DNA of 64,000 bases from a virus (Duplodnaviria > Caudoviricetes). Every line of letters starts with the position of its first letter. The first letter of the stretch is position 1. The notes below the pieces were generated by a model. That model ran no database searches. It had not been told where the DNA came from and saw only the letters and a program-made list of their open reading frames with translations. Positions 1 to 9,540 of this stretch are shown here, piece by piece. The position numbers were made by a program, and so were the translations under genes. The DNA is taken from the IMG/VR virus record IMGVR_UViG_3300042914_002678; one strand, 5' to 3'.

Positions 1-1
1 T

Positions 2-370
2 ACAATTGGACTAGATGAATATTTTGATCGCATCTTTAGTCTTCACGAAACAACTTCTAACTATCCCCCATACAATCTTGTTCAAGTTAGCAATGTAGAG
101 TCACGACTGGAACTTGCACTTGCTGGATTTAAAAAGAAGGAGGTTTATGTCTATACGCAAGACGGAAAACTCTTTGTTGAAGGGCAGAAAGAAGATAAAG
201 AAACGCAGTCAAACTATCTTCACAAAGGTCTGGCTCAACGGAGTTTTACACGTTCCTGGACACTCTCTGATGACACGGAAGTTCGATCAGTTGATTTTGA
301 GGATGGGCTTCTGACAGTGACTCTTGGTAGAATTGTTCCAGAGCATCATAAGCGAAAGGACTATCTATAA
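2..370 (+). CDS. hsp20: Small heat shock protein (Hsp20 family), 5' truncated by window edge
   Basis: Manual translation from nt 2: ...NYPPYNLVQVSNVESRLELALAGFKKKEV...YLHKGLAQRSFTRSWTLSDDTEVRSVDFEDGLLTVTLGRIVPEHHKRKDYL*, an alpha-crystallin/IbpA-type pattern. Not in the supplied ORF track. Confidence 0.93.
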   Translation, partial: TIGLDEYFDRIFSLHETTSNYPPYNLVQVSNVESRLELALAGFKKKEVYVYTQDGKLFVEGQKEDKETQSNYLHKGLAQRSFTRSWTLSDDTEVRSVDFEDGLLTVTLGRIVPEHHKRKDYL

Positions 371-373
371 ATA
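366..373 (+). promoter_or_regulatory. T4-type late promoter TATAAATA
   Basis: Exact TATAAATA overlapping the hsp20 stop. The same motif occurs at 7658, 13140, 43328, 44359 and 59573. Confidence 0.6.
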
Positions 374-394
374 TAACTGAATATCGTCGGCGCT

Positions 395-446
395 GGGAGG
401 CAACTGGCAAAATCCAGTTGACGCCTCCCCTTTTTCTTGCTAAAAT
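395..446 (+). terminator. Intrinsic terminator overlapping a sigma70-type promoter
   Basis: Hairpin gggaggc-aactgg-caaaat-ccagtt-gac-gcctccc plus T-run. TTGACG (418-423), 17 nt, TAAAAT (441-446). Confidence 0.7.
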
Positions 447-467
447 ATTACTAGGTAAAAGTGTTTT

Positions 468-848
468 ATGACTATTAAATTGCTGCTTCTCAAATCTGGA
501 GAAGATATCATCGCAAACGTAAATGAAATGGTTGTTGGTGATGAAGAAAACAAAAGAATCGTTGGATATTTTCTAGATAGACCTTGTATTGTCAAGATGA
601 GAAGTCCTACGATGATTACTGAAGAAGTTGGAGAGGGTGTACAGAGAACAGGATTTGAAGTGTCCTTGTTTCCTTGGATGCCACTGTCCAAAGATGAGAG
701 AATCCCAATCCCCGCAGATTGGATGATTACTATGGTTGAACCAGTTGATAAACTAAAAGAAATGTACGTTGAGGACATTACACAAAATGGAAAAGACAAT
801 AAAGATACTTCTTCTACTGAACAATCAGATTCTGATATCACAGATTGA
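468..848 (+). CDS. Conserved T4-like cyanophage hypothetical protein upstream of gp43
   Basis: 126-aa ORF (MTIKLLLLKSGEDII...), in the usual position before the DNA polymerase. Confidence 0.75.
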   Translation: MTIKLLLLKSGEDIIANVNEMVVGDEENKRIVGYFLDRPCIVKMRSPTMITEEVGEGVQRTGFEVSLFPWMPLSKDERIPIPADWMITMVEPVDKLKEMYVEDITQNGKDNKDTSSTEQSDSDITD

Positions 849-1047
849 GGAAGTATCTGCTGATATTGGGGAACCTGACTGTAAACTTGTTAAACCCTTT
901 GTCGTAAAAGAAAATAAAACCTTAGAACCATTCTTGTTTGAAGTGACCAAGCAAGACACATTTATGATGAGTTCGGACAAGATACTTACTCTTGCAAATC
1001 CAACTCCGACACTTCTTGAAAAATATGAGGACTTGATTAAGGAATGA
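787..1047 (+). CDS. Hypothetical protein, apparent paralog of the preceding ORF
   Basis: Start ATG at 787 (MEKTIKILLLLNNQILIS...). Stop overlaps the gp43 start (ATGA). Confidence 0.7.
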   Translation: MEKTIKILLLLNNQILISQIEEVSADIGEPDCKLVKPFVVKENKTLEPFLFEVTKQDTFMMSSDKILTLANPTPTLLEKYEDLIKE

Positions 1048-3539
1048 GATTTTACACTAATGTTCAATTGATTGGAAATCAATTTTTGGTTCGTGGCGTT
1101 GAAGATGATAAAAGATTTGAGACAAGAGATGAGTTTTTCCCAACTCTATTTGTAAAGACAAAAAAAGATTCTAAGTATAGAACATTAGGTGGAGAAGCAG
1201 TAGAACCAATCAATCCAGGAACAGTTCGTGACTGTCGTGAGTTCTACAAAAAGTATGATGAGATTGATGGGTTTGAAATCTACGGTAATGATCGTTACAT
1301 CTACCAATATATCTCAGAGAAATACCCTGAAGATGAAATCAAGTTTGACATTAGTAAAATCAAACTTGTAACTCTTGATATTGAGGTTGCTTCTGAAGAA
1401 GGATTCCCTGATGTAGAATCTTGCTCAGAAGAAATCCTTGCAATCACAATTCAGGACTACACCACTAAAAAGATTATTACTTGGGGAGTAAAACCATTCA
1501 ACAATAAACAAAAGAATGTTACTTACCATCACTGCCCAAGTGAGTATGAACTTCTGAATCACTTTATCAACTATTGGATGGTTGATGTTCCTGATGTGAT
1601 TACTGGTTGGAACATTCAGTTGTATGATATTCCATATATCTGTAAGCGTTTGAATCGTGTTCTTGGTGAAAAACTAATGAAGCGTTTTTCGAACTGGGGA
1701 CTGGTTACTGAAGGCGAAGTTTTTATCAATGGACGTAAGCACACGACATTTGATGTTGGTGGTTTGACTCAATTAGACTATCTTGACCTCTATAAGAAGT
1801 TCACTTATAAGGCACAAGAATCATACCGTCTTGACTATATTGCTGAAGTAGAACTGGGGCAAAAGAAACTAGACCACTCTGAGTTTGATACCTTTAAGGA
1901 CTTCTATACTCAAGGTTGGCAAAAGTTTATTGAATACAACATCGTTGACGTGGAACTTGTTGACCGTTTGGAAGACAAGATGAAACTGATTGAACTTGCA
2001 CTTACGATGGCATACGACGCAAAGGTAAACTATGCGGATGTGTTCTATCAGGTAAGGATGTGGGACAATATTATCTACAACTATCTTAAGAAGCGGGATA
2101 TTGTCATTCCTCCAAGGAACAAATCTCAGAAGAATGAAAAGTATGCTGGTGCATATGTAAAAGAACCAAAACCTGGTAGGTATGATTGGGTTGTGAACTT
2201 TGACCTTAACTCACTGTATCCACACTTGATTATGCAATACAACATCTCCCCAGAAACTCTGGTTGATGAAAGGCACCCAACAGTAAGTGTTGACAAAATC
2301 CTCAATCAATCAATTAACTTTGAGATGTATAAGGACTATGCAGTATGTGCTAATGGTGCAATGTTCCGAAAGGACATTCGTGGATTCCTTCCAGAACTGA
2401 TGGAAAAAATGTATCAGGATAGGGTCATCTTCAAGAAGAAGATGATTGCTGCAAAGAAAGAGTATGAGAAAACCAAAAACAAAGAATTGGTAAAAGAGAT
2501 TGCCCGCTGTAATAACATTCAGATGGCAAAGAAGATTTCTCTAAACTCTGCTTATGGTGCCATCGGAAATCAATACTTCCGTTATTATAAACTTGCAAAT
2601 GCAGAAGCAATCACTCTGTCTGGTCAAGTTTCAATTCGGTGGATTGAAAACAAGATGAACACTTATATAAACAAACTACTCAAGACTGAAGATGTTGATT
2701 ACGTTATTGCTTCGGATACTGATTCTATCTATCTTAATATGGGTCCTTTGGTTGAGACTGTATACAAAGGAAGAGAGAAAACTACTGAAGGCATTGTTTC
2801 GTTCCTTGATAAGGTCGCTTCAATGGAACTTGAAAAGTATATTGAGGGTTCTTACCAAGAACTGGCGACCTATGTGAATGCTTATGACCAGAAGATGCAA
2901 ATGAAGCGAGAGAACATCGCTGACCGTGGCATCTGGACTGCGAAGAAGCGATACATCCTTAATGTATGGGACAGTGAAGGTGTCCGATATGAGGAACCTA
3001 AACTCAAGATGATGGGTATTGAGGCAGTTAAATCTTCTACCCCAGCACCTTGCCGTAAAATGATTAAGGATGCTCTTAAGTTGATGATGAGTGGAACTGA
3101 AGATGAAGTTATTGACTTTATTGAAAATTCCCGTAAGGAGTTCAAGTCTTTACCTCCAGAGCAAATTTCATTCCCTCGTTCTGCATCTGATGTTGTTAAA
3201 TATCAGTCATCTTCCGACATTTATATAAAAGGAACTCCGATTCATGTTCGCGGAGCACTTCTGTTCAATCACTACGTTAAAGAGAATAAGTTGACTAATA
3301 AGTATTCTCTAATTCAAAACGGCGAGAAGATTAAGTTTGTATACTTGAAAAAACCAAACACAATACACGAGAATGTGATCTCCTTTATTCAAGAATTTCC
3401 AAAGGAACTTAACCTTGACAGATACATAGACTATGAACTACAATTTGAGAAAGCATTTCTAGAACCACTCAAGATTATCCTTGATTCGATTGGGTGGTCT
3501 GTAGAAAAAACTGTAAACCTTGATTCCTTTTTTGCTTGA
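1044..3539 (+). CDS. gp43: Family B DNA polymerase (T4 gp43)
   Basis: ExoI LDIEV; PolB motifs FDLNSLYPH, KISLNSAYG, ASDTDSIY, KKRY. Confidence 0.98.
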   Translation: MRFYTNVQLIGNQFLVRGVEDDKRFETRDEFFPTLFVKTKKDSKYRTLGGEAVEPINPGTVRDCREFYKKYDEIDGFEIYGNDRYIYQYISEKYPEDEIKFDISKIKLVTLDIEVASEEGFPDVESCSEEILAITIQDYTTKKIITWGVKPFNNKQKNVTYHHCPSEYELLNHFINYWMVDVPDVITGWNIQLYDIPYICKRLNRVLGEKLMKRFSNWGLVTEGEVFINGRKHTTFDVGGLTQLDYLDLYKKFTYKAQESYRLDYIAEVELGQKKLDHSEFDTFKDFYTQGWQKFIEYNIVDVELVDRLEDKMKLIELALTMAYDAKVNYADVFYQVRMWDNIIYNYLKKRDIVIPPRNKSQKNEKYAGAYVKEPKPGRYDWVVNFDLNSLYPHLIMQYNISPETLVDERHPTVSVDKILNQSINFEMYKDYAVCANGAMFRKDIRGFLPELMEKMYQDRVIFKKKMIAAKKEYEKTKNKELVKEIARCNNIQMAKKISLNSAYGAIGNQYFRYYKLANAEAITLSGQVSIRWIENKMNTYINKLLKTEDVDYVIASDTDSIYLNMGPLVETVYKGREKTTEGIVSFLDKVASMELEKYIEGSYQELATYVNAYDQKMQMKRENIADRGIWTAKKRYILNVWDSEGVRYEEPKLKMMGIEAVKSSTPAPCRKMIKDALKLMMSGTEDEVIDFIENSRKEFKSLPPEQISFPRSASDVVKYQSSSDIYIKGTPIHVRGALLFNHYVKENKLTNKYSLIQNGEKIKFVYLKKPNTIHENVISFIQEFPKELNLDRYIDYELQFEKAFLEPLKIILDSIGWSVEKTVNLDSFFA

Positions 3540-3703
3540 TGGACTTGCCTATTAACGACGATGAACTGAATACTATTATTAGTGCTATGCATCTTGGTGG
3601 AGATGTTGCACTTTATCAAAAACTAAAACTGGTGAAAGAACTGCGAGAGCAAGGTTTGCCTTATAAAAAAATACTTCGTGAACAGTATGGGATGGTGGCA
3701 TGA
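3539..3703 (+). CDS. Small hypothetical protein (54 aa)
   Basis: Manual: MDLPINDDELNTIISAMHLGGDVALYQKLKLVKELREQGLPYKKILREQYGMVA*. Start is coupled to the gp43 stop. Confidence 0.65.
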   Translation: MDLPINDDELNTIISAMHLGGDVALYQKLKLVKELREQGLPYKKILREQYGMVA

Positions 3704-3831
3704 TGATTAAAGTAAAGTATTATCTTAAAGAGTTTCCAAATACAACACTCTTTAAGTTTTTTAGAACTGAAGAGGCAGTAGAGATGTTTAAATCTCAAAA
3801 TCCAGATTATGTTTTTATTGGGGATAAGTGA
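3700..3831 (+). CDS. Small hypothetical protein (43 aa)
   Basis: Manual: MMIKVKYYLKEFPNTTLFKFFRTEEAVEMFKSQNPDYVFIGDK*. Overlaps both neighbours at their stop/start codons. Confidence 0.55.
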   Translation: MMIKVKYYLKEFPNTTLFKFFRTEEAVEMFKSQNPDYVFIGDK

Positions 3832-4832
3832 TGGATTTTCTTAAAGATATTGTAAAAGAGATTGGTGATGACTTTACTAAGTTAGCATCAGACATTGACG
3901 AAACAGAAACTTATGTTGACACGGGTTCATACATTTTTAATGCACTGGTTTCAGGTAGCATATTTGGTGGTGTATCTGGCAATAAGATTACTGCTATTGC
4001 TGGAGAGTCTAGTACTGGAAAAACTTTCTTCAGTCTCGCCGTTGTTAAGAATTTTCTTGATTCCAATCCCGATGGGTATTGTCTCTATTTTGATACTGAA
4101 GCTGCTATTACTAAATCCCTTGTAGAATCGCGTGGAATTGATACTTCTCGTCTTGTGGTTGTTAATGTTGTTACTATTGAAGAATTTCGTGGAAAGGCAC
4201 TCAAAGCAGTAGATATGTATCTTAAGAAACCCTTAGAAGAACGCAAACCGTGCATGTTTGTGCTAGACTCTTTGGGTATGCTTTCCACAGAGAAAGAAAT
4301 TACTGATGCACTAAACGATAAGCAAGTTCGTGATATGACTAAATCACAACTGGTAAAAGGTGCATTCCGAATGCTCACACTCAAACTAGGTCAAGCAAAT
4401 GTCCCGCTCATTGTCACAAATCATACATACGATGTCATCGGAGCTTACGTACCAACTAAAGAAATGGGAGGAGGTTCTGGACTCAAATACGCAGCAAGTA
4501 CGATCATTTATCTCAGCAAAAAGAAAGAAAAGGATGGAACGGAAGTGGTCGGAAATATTATCAAAGCTAAGACTGCTAAATCGCGTTTGAGTAAGGAGAA
4601 CAAAGATGTTGAAGTCCGTTTGTATTATGATGAGCGCGGTCTTGATCGTTACTATGGTCTTCTGGAACTTGGTGAACTTGGTGGACTCTGGAAGAATGTA
4701 GCAGGACGTTATGAGATTGATGGTAAAAAGATTTATGCTAAGCAAATTCTAAAAGAACCTGAAGTATATTTCACTGAAGAAGTGATGCAACAATTGGATG
4801 AAATTGCAAGGAAAGAATTTAGTTATGGATAA
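3828..4832 (+). CDS. uvsX: RecA-like recombinase UvsX
   Basis: Walker A AGESSTGKT, YFDTEAA, VLDSLGML, MGGGSGLKYAAS. Confidence 0.96.
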   Translation: MMDFLKDIVKEIGDDFTKLASDIDETETYVDTGSYIFNALVSGSIFGGVSGNKITAIAGESSTGKTFFSLAVVKNFLDSNPDGYCLYFDTEAAITKSLVESRGIDTSRLVVVNVVTIEEFRGKALKAVDMYLKKPLEERKPCMFVLDSLGMLSTEKEITDALNDKQVRDMTKSQLVKGAFRMLTLKLGQANVPLIVTNHTYDVIGAYVPTKEMGGGSGLKYAASTIIYLSKKKEKDGTEVVGNIIKAKTAKSRLSKENKDVEVRLYYDERGLDRYYGLLELGELGGLWKNVAGRYEIDGKKIYAKQILKEPEVYFTEEVMQQLDEIARKEFSYG

Positions 4833-5382
4833 ACTTTCTGATTTAATCAGGGTTTATGATAATGCACTGGATAATAAAATCTGCACACTGCTTATTCAAA
4901 AATTTGAGGAATTGAAAGGAGACCAGGAAAGAGTTGAACAACAAAGAAAACCAGATTTTACACAACTCAATCTTACTCAGATTTCTAATAAAACTCCAGA
5001 ACTAAATTATCTACATCAATTTTTAATAAAGTCTGCTCTTGAATATAAAAAGAAATATTATTCCCACATTGGTGATTGGAAGTTTCCAACAAAAAATGGA
5101 TTTGAAGAATTCAGAGTAAAAAGGTATCTTAATAACGGTAACGATGTATTTGAACGTCATATTGATGTCAATGATTATGCATCTGCCAGAAGATATCTTT
5201 CTTTTTTGTGGTACTTGAATGATGTTAAAGATGGTGGAGAAACAGTTTTTGATAATTTGACTATCAAACCAGAAACTGGTAAATTAATTATCTTCCCTCC
5301 TATGTGGATGTTTCCTCATAGTGGAGAGTGTCCTGTTAGTAATACAAAGTATATCGTTAGCACCTATTTACATTATATCTGA
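4825..5382 (+). CDS. 2OG-Fe(II) oxygenase (prolyl-4-hydroxylase-like)
   Basis: HxD (HID), YLNDVKDGGET, FPPMWMFPH and the terminal K-Y-I motif. Likely start is MDKLS at 4825. Confidence 0.88.
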   Translation: MDKLSDLIRVYDNALDNKICTLLIQKFEELKGDQERVEQQRKPDFTQLNLTQISNKTPELNYLHQFLIKSALEYKKKYYSHIGDWKFPTKNGFEEFRVKRYLNNGNDVFERHIDVNDYASARRYLSFLWYLNDVKDGGETVFDNLTIKPETGKLIIFPPMWMFPHSGECPVSNTKYIVSTYLHYI

Positions 5383-6758
5383 TGGATAAAGTTGAAATTC
5401 TAATTCTTCGCAATCTCCTTCATAATGAGGAATACATCCGAAAGGTAGTTCCTTTTATTAAGTCTGATTATTTTGAAGAAACAAACCAAAAAATTATTTT
5501 TGAAGAAATACTCAAATTTATTCAAGAATATAACCAACCAGCGACTAAAGAAGTTCTTTGTATTGAAGTAGAAAATAGGCAAGACATAAACGATTCCTCC
5601 TTTAAAGAGATTACGCAACTTATCAGTTATCTTGATGATGAACCATCTGAATTTAATTGGTTGGTTGATACCACTGAGAAGTGGTGTCGAGATCGTGCAA
5701 TCTATCTTGCTCTTATGGAATCAATCCATATTGCAGATGGTAAAGATGATAAGAAAAATCGTGACAGCATACCTAGTATTCTATCTGATGCTCTTGCAGT
5801 ATCTTTTGACACAAACATTGGTCACGATTACCTGCTAGACTATGAAAAACGTTATGAATCTTATCATAAGAAAGAAGACAAGATTGAATTTGACCTCGAA
5901 TACTTTAACAAAATCACAAAGGGTGGTTTACCTAATAAGACTCTCAATATCGCTCTTGCTGGTACGGGTGTCGGAAAAAGTCTCTTTATGTGCCATGTTG
6001 CTGCTTCCGTCTTATTGCAAGGCAGGAACGTTCTCTACATCACTCTTGAAATGGCGGAGGAACGAATTGCTGAGCGAATTGATGCAAACCTCCTCAATGT
6101 CCCGATTCAGGATATTGCAGAACTACCAAAGCAGATGTTTGAAAATAAAGTAACGAATCTTTCAAAGAAAACTCAGGGAACTCTAATTATCAAAGAGTAT
6201 CCAACTGCTTCTGCTCATGCTGGACACTTCAAGTCACTTCTTAATGAACTTGCACTTAAGAAGTCATTTAGACCTGATATTATTTTCATTGACTACCTTA
6301 ATATTTGTGCTTCCTCTAGGTATCGCGGAAATAGTAACATCAATTCCTATACGTTTGTAAAAGCAATTGCTGAGGAACTTAGGGGACTTGCCGTTGAGTT
6401 TAATGTTCCAATTGTCTCCGCTACCCAGACCACTCGTTCAGGTTATGGTTCTTCTGATGTTGAACTTACTGATACTTCTGAATCCTTTGGTCTCCCTGCT
6501 ACTGCTGATCTTATGTTTGCCCTTATTAGCACTGAAGAATTGGAGGGATTGGGACAGATACTTGTAAAACAACTTAAGAATCGTTATAACGACCCTACCA
6601 TTCATAAGCGGTTTGTGGTTGGTATTGATAGAGCAAAGATGCGTCTTTATGATTGTGAACAGTCTGCTCAACAGGATATCCTTGACAATGGAAAGGATGA
6701 AGAGTATGATTATGAAGAAAGAAAACCTAAAAAATCATTTGAGGGATTCAAGTTTTGA
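5382..6758 (+). CDS. gp41: Replicative DNA helicase (T4 gp41, DnaB family)
   Basis: ALAGTGVGKS, LYITLEMAEE, IFIDYLNI, SATQTTRSG, QLKNRYND. Confidence 0.97.
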   Translation: MDKVEILILRNLLHNEEYIRKVVPFIKSDYFEETNQKIIFEEILKFIQEYNQPATKEVLCIEVENRQDINDSSFKEITQLISYLDDEPSEFNWLVDTTEKWCRDRAIYLALMESIHIADGKDDKKNRDSIPSILSDALAVSFDTNIGHDYLLDYEKRYESYHKKEDKIEFDLEYFNKITKGGLPNKTLNIALAGTGVGKSLFMCHVAASVLLQGRNVLYITLEMAEERIAERIDANLLNVPIQDIAELPKQMFENKVTNLSKKTQGTLIIKEYPTASAHAGHFKSLLNELALKKSFRPDIIFIDYLNICASSRYRGNSNINSYTFVKAIAEELRGLAVEFNVPIVSATQTTRSGYGSSDVELTDTSESFGLPATADLMFALISTEELEGLGQILVKQLKNRYNDPTIHKRFVVGIDRAKMRLYDCEQSAQQDILDNGKDEEYDYEERKPKKSFEGFKF

Positions 6759-7042
6759 TTTACTACACGGTATTTGATGCAAATGGTAACAAGATTGCCG
6801 ATTGTGGTGATGAAGGAGATGCTAAGTGGTTGGCAGAATGTCGCAGAGGCACTTATAAAACCAACAGACTTGACTGGAGCGTAACTATTGATGTAGAATT
6901 GCCAAGATTTGAACTTCCTGTCCACCAAGTTGTTCCTAAAGAATATTGGAATTCTATGTATCCAGACATTCCAGATGACATTGATGAACCGATTGTTAAA
7001 CAACTTTCTGAATCTGACCTAGAAAAATTTACTGTTAATTGA
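6755..7042 (+). CDS. Hypothetical protein
   Basis: 95-aa ORF with a TTG start overlapping the gp41 stop. Confidence 0.6.
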   Translation: MIYYTVFDANGNKIADCGDEGDAKWLAECRRGTYKTNRLDWSVTIDVELPRFELPVHQVVPKEYWNSMYPDIPDDIDEPIVKQLSESDLEKFTVN

Positions 7043-7043
7043 T

Positions 7044-7457
7044 ATGACTAAAGTTATTGACTCTGATAAGTATATTGAATTTGTGCGCCAAACGACAAGT
7101 CCTGCCAGTAGTGACTTTGCACAACTTCTCACTCGAATGACTGAACTTGAAGCAAATGATGATGCAGATGTTCCCCGTCTCTTGACTGCTGCTTTTGGTA
7201 TTAGTGCGGAAGCAGGTGAGTTTACTGAAGTTGTTAAAAAGATTTTCCTTCAAGGAAAACCTTATAATGAAGATAATGTTTTTCACATGAAGCGTGAACT
7301 TGGAGATATCTGCTGGTATATTGCTCAAGCGTGTATGGCACTTGATACTAACTTTCGTGAGATTATGGAAATGAATTATGAGAAGTTAAGTGCTCGTTAT
7401 CCTGACGGTACATTTGATGTTTACCGTTCTGAAAATCGTGTGGAGGGAGATCTGTGA
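7044..7457 (+). CDS. mazG: MazG-like nucleotide pyrophosphohydrolase
   Basis: GISAEAGEFTEVVKK...KRELGDICWY...NYEKLSARY motif set. Confidence 0.93.
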   Translation: MTKVIDSDKYIEFVRQTTSPASSDFAQLLTRMTELEANDDADVPRLLTAAFGISAEAGEFTEVVKKIFLQGKPYNEDNVFHMKRELGDICWYIAQACMALDTNFREIMEMNYEKLSARYPDGTFDVYRSENRVEGDL

Positions 7458-7639
7458 CTAAAGAAAAACAAGTTACACTTAAACTAGATGCACGTTGTGC
7501 TGCAGCAGTTCGTCAAGTTCTATTTGATGCACAGAAAGGATACACTTATGATGAAGTGAGTGTTCCTCCTCGTGTCTCTGATATTCGTGGAGTAATTCAA
7601 CAACTTGATGATAATATTGGCGCTGTCCTTGGTGTTTGA
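7454..7639 (+). CDS. Hypothetical protein
   Basis: 61-aa ORF coupled to mazG (GTGA overlap). Confidence 0.7.
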   Translation: MTKEKQVTLKLDARCAAAVRQVLFDAQKGYTYDEVSVPPRVSDIRGVIQQLDDNIGAVLGV

Positions 7640-7665
7640 CCCTTCGGGGTCTTTTTTTATAAATA
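7638..7665 (+). terminator. UUCG-loop intrinsic terminator followed by a late promoter
   Basis: gaccc-ttcg-gggtc plus T-run, immediately followed by TATAAATA (7658-7665). Confidence 0.85.
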
Positions 7666-7687
7666 TCTAAAAAAGTATTTGTAAAAA

Positions 7688-8044
7688 ATGGACTCTAAAG
7701 AACTACGCGGTTTGATGGAAGCATATGCCGCAGTTTATGCCCCAAAAGAAAAAATTGAAGAAGCAATGCATGAAGATGAAGATGAAGAAGATGAGAAGGA
7801 AATGAAAAAAGGTAAGAAGTCCAAAAAGTCTGAAGAAGACGAAGAGGGCGATGAAGAGGAAGATGAAGATCTAAAAGAAGCATCTTACTCCGCAAAGGCA
7901 GCAAGAGCAGGTAAGGATATTGGCAAACCTGGTAAAGCATTTGCAAAGATTGCAAAGTCTGCTGCAAAGCGTTATGGTTCTGAAGAGCGTGGTAAAAAGG
8001 TAGCAGGAGCAATCCTTGCAAAACTACGTGCTAAGAAGGGTTAA
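7688..8044 (+). CDS. Charged low-complexity late protein (possible head-internal protein)
   Basis: 118 aa with acidic and basic blocks, downstream of a late promoter. Confidence 0.75.
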   Translation: MDSKELRGLMEAYAAVYAPKEKIEEAMHEDEDEEDEKEMKKGKKSKKSEEDEEGDEEEDEDLKEASYSAKAARAGKDIGKPGKAFAKIAKSAAKRYGSEERGKKVAGAILAKLRAKKG

Positions 8045-8068
8045 TAAATAACCACGGAAGGTTGCTCC

Positions 8069-8104
8069 AACCCACTTGACTTTTAGTTAAGTGGGTTTTA
8101 TAAT
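8069..8104 (+). promoter_or_regulatory. Sigma70-type promoter embedded in an inverted repeat, driving tRNA-Ala
   Basis: TTGACT (8076), 17 nt, TATAAT (8099), inside aacccactt...aagtgggtt. Confidence 0.75.
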
Positions 8105-8113
8105 ATCTGCATC

Positions 8114-8186
8114 GGGGAATTAGCTTAGTTGGTAGAGCGCCTGCTTTGCACGCAGGAGGTCAGGAGTTCGAGTCTCCTATTCTCCA
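8114..8186 (+). tRNA. tRNA-Ala(UGC)
   Basis: Acceptor GGGGAAT/ATTCTCC, anticodon arm cctgc-tt-TGC-ac-gcagg, T-loop GTTCGAG. Confidence 0.96.
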
Positions 8187-8209
8187 TTTCTAAATAAAAA
8201 TAAAACACG

Positions 8210-9514
8210 ATGGCTGTTTTAAATAGCACTTCTCCAGGACAACTTGGCAAATACGTTTTGCCAACAATAGAAATAATCAGAACTGGAACAGTAACTACAG
8301 CAACAAAAACCTTTAAATTAACTAAAGGTAAGTTTAATGAAGATGCAATAAAAAAATTTGCCGATGTTGGAATGAAGGGGTCTTCTCATCAAAAAGAAGC
8401 TTTACAAATTCCTCTAGAAACTACAGACCCAAAAAATAAATATGTTAATATTGGTAGATTAAATAAGCCTAATATAAAATACAATCTTGGTGACATGGCA
8501 GAAGGAGTTGTTGGGGCAGCTATCACCGCTAGATTTATATACAAAAATAGAAATATAAATTCTCAACTTGTATATGGAGTTTTGAGAACTTTGGCGAAGG
8601 CTGGAACTAGTAACTATCCAGGAAAGAAAGGTAAACAAGTTGAAAAAACATTTAAGTCTGCGAATGCAAACCCAAAAATTATGGATGATGTTAGATGTTT
8701 TATATCTTTAGCCGAAGTAAATATGAGTGCTTTGCTTGAGAGAAGTAAGGAATCTATATTAAAAGAATATGTAGACTCCGCAGTAAAATATGCAAACAGT
8801 AATAATGTTAAGAAGTGGGCGGAGTTAGTTTATAACAATAATAGATATGACAAAATAGAAGTATTGTCTGATGGATTGGGGGGGCAAAAAACAACAAAAG
8901 TTGATGTCACTGTAAAAATTACTGATGATAAAGGAAAATTAATGCCGGTTGATATTTTAGTTTCATTAAAAGCTGGTGATGTGAAACAATTTGGTCAAGT
9001 TTCTGGAGCAGAGTTTTCGAAACAAGAAGAACTATGGGAACGCTTATTTGGCTATAAAAAAATTATCAAACCTTTGGAAAAAGAATATGAAAAGTTAATG
9101 TTTGTTGATAAGCAACCAGATGAAGCAGTATTTTTGGTATATCAAAAAGTAAGTCAACAACTGCAGTCAGATTTGAATAGTAATAAGTCTGAGGAAATTT
9201 TAAAAAAAATGTCAGCAGCTATAAAATATTTTGCTACCTTAAATGAAGATTACGTATCTCTTGTGCAAGTAGGTGGTGGTAAAGCAAAAATTTATAAGTT
9301 TGATAACATTTATGAAAAATTAATTGGAAGAGACTATAGATCATCCATAAAAACTGGAGCAAGTGGGTTGCCCACAATAATTATAAGTAGTGGTAATGAA
9401 GATCTAATTCAATTTAGAGTAAAACAAGAATTCAAATCTGATGGTAGTCCATATATAAGAAATTACGTCGAAAAATTATCTTTACTTGGAGATTTGTTGG
9501 CAGAAACATTGTAA
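8210..9514 (+). CDS. Hypothetical protein, possible PD-(D/E)XK nuclease fold
   Basis: 434 aa. E-helix (MAEGVVGAAI), then KVDV...DILVSLK. The fold call is tentative. Confidence 0.55.
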   Translation: MAVLNSTSPGQLGKYVLPTIEIIRTGTVTTATKTFKLTKGKFNEDAIKKFADVGMKGSSHQKEALQIPLETTDPKNKYVNIGRLNKPNIKYNLGDMAEGVVGAAITARFIYKNRNINSQLVYGVLRTLAKAGTSNYPGKKGKQVEKTFKSANANPKIMDDVRCFISLAEVNMSALLERSKESILKEYVDSAVKYANSNNVKKWAELVYNNNRYDKIEVLSDGLGGQKTTKVDVTVKITDDKGKLMPVDILVSLKAGDVKQFGQVSGAEFSKQEELWERLFGYKKIIKPLEKEYEKLMFVDKQPDEAVFLVYQKVSQQLQSDLNSNKSEEILKKMSAAIKYFATLNEDYVSLVQVGGGKAKIYKFDNIYEKLIGRDYRSSIKTGASGLPTIIISSGNEDLIQFRVKQEFKSDGSPYIRNYVEKLSLLGDLLAETL

Positions 9515-9540
9515 TAAATAAAGGTATAAGATTAAACAAT

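Noticed and set aside
114-314. 66-aa + strand ORF in the supplied track
   Set aside because: Out-of-frame shadow of the hsp20 reading frame (2..370), which carries the recognisable motifs.
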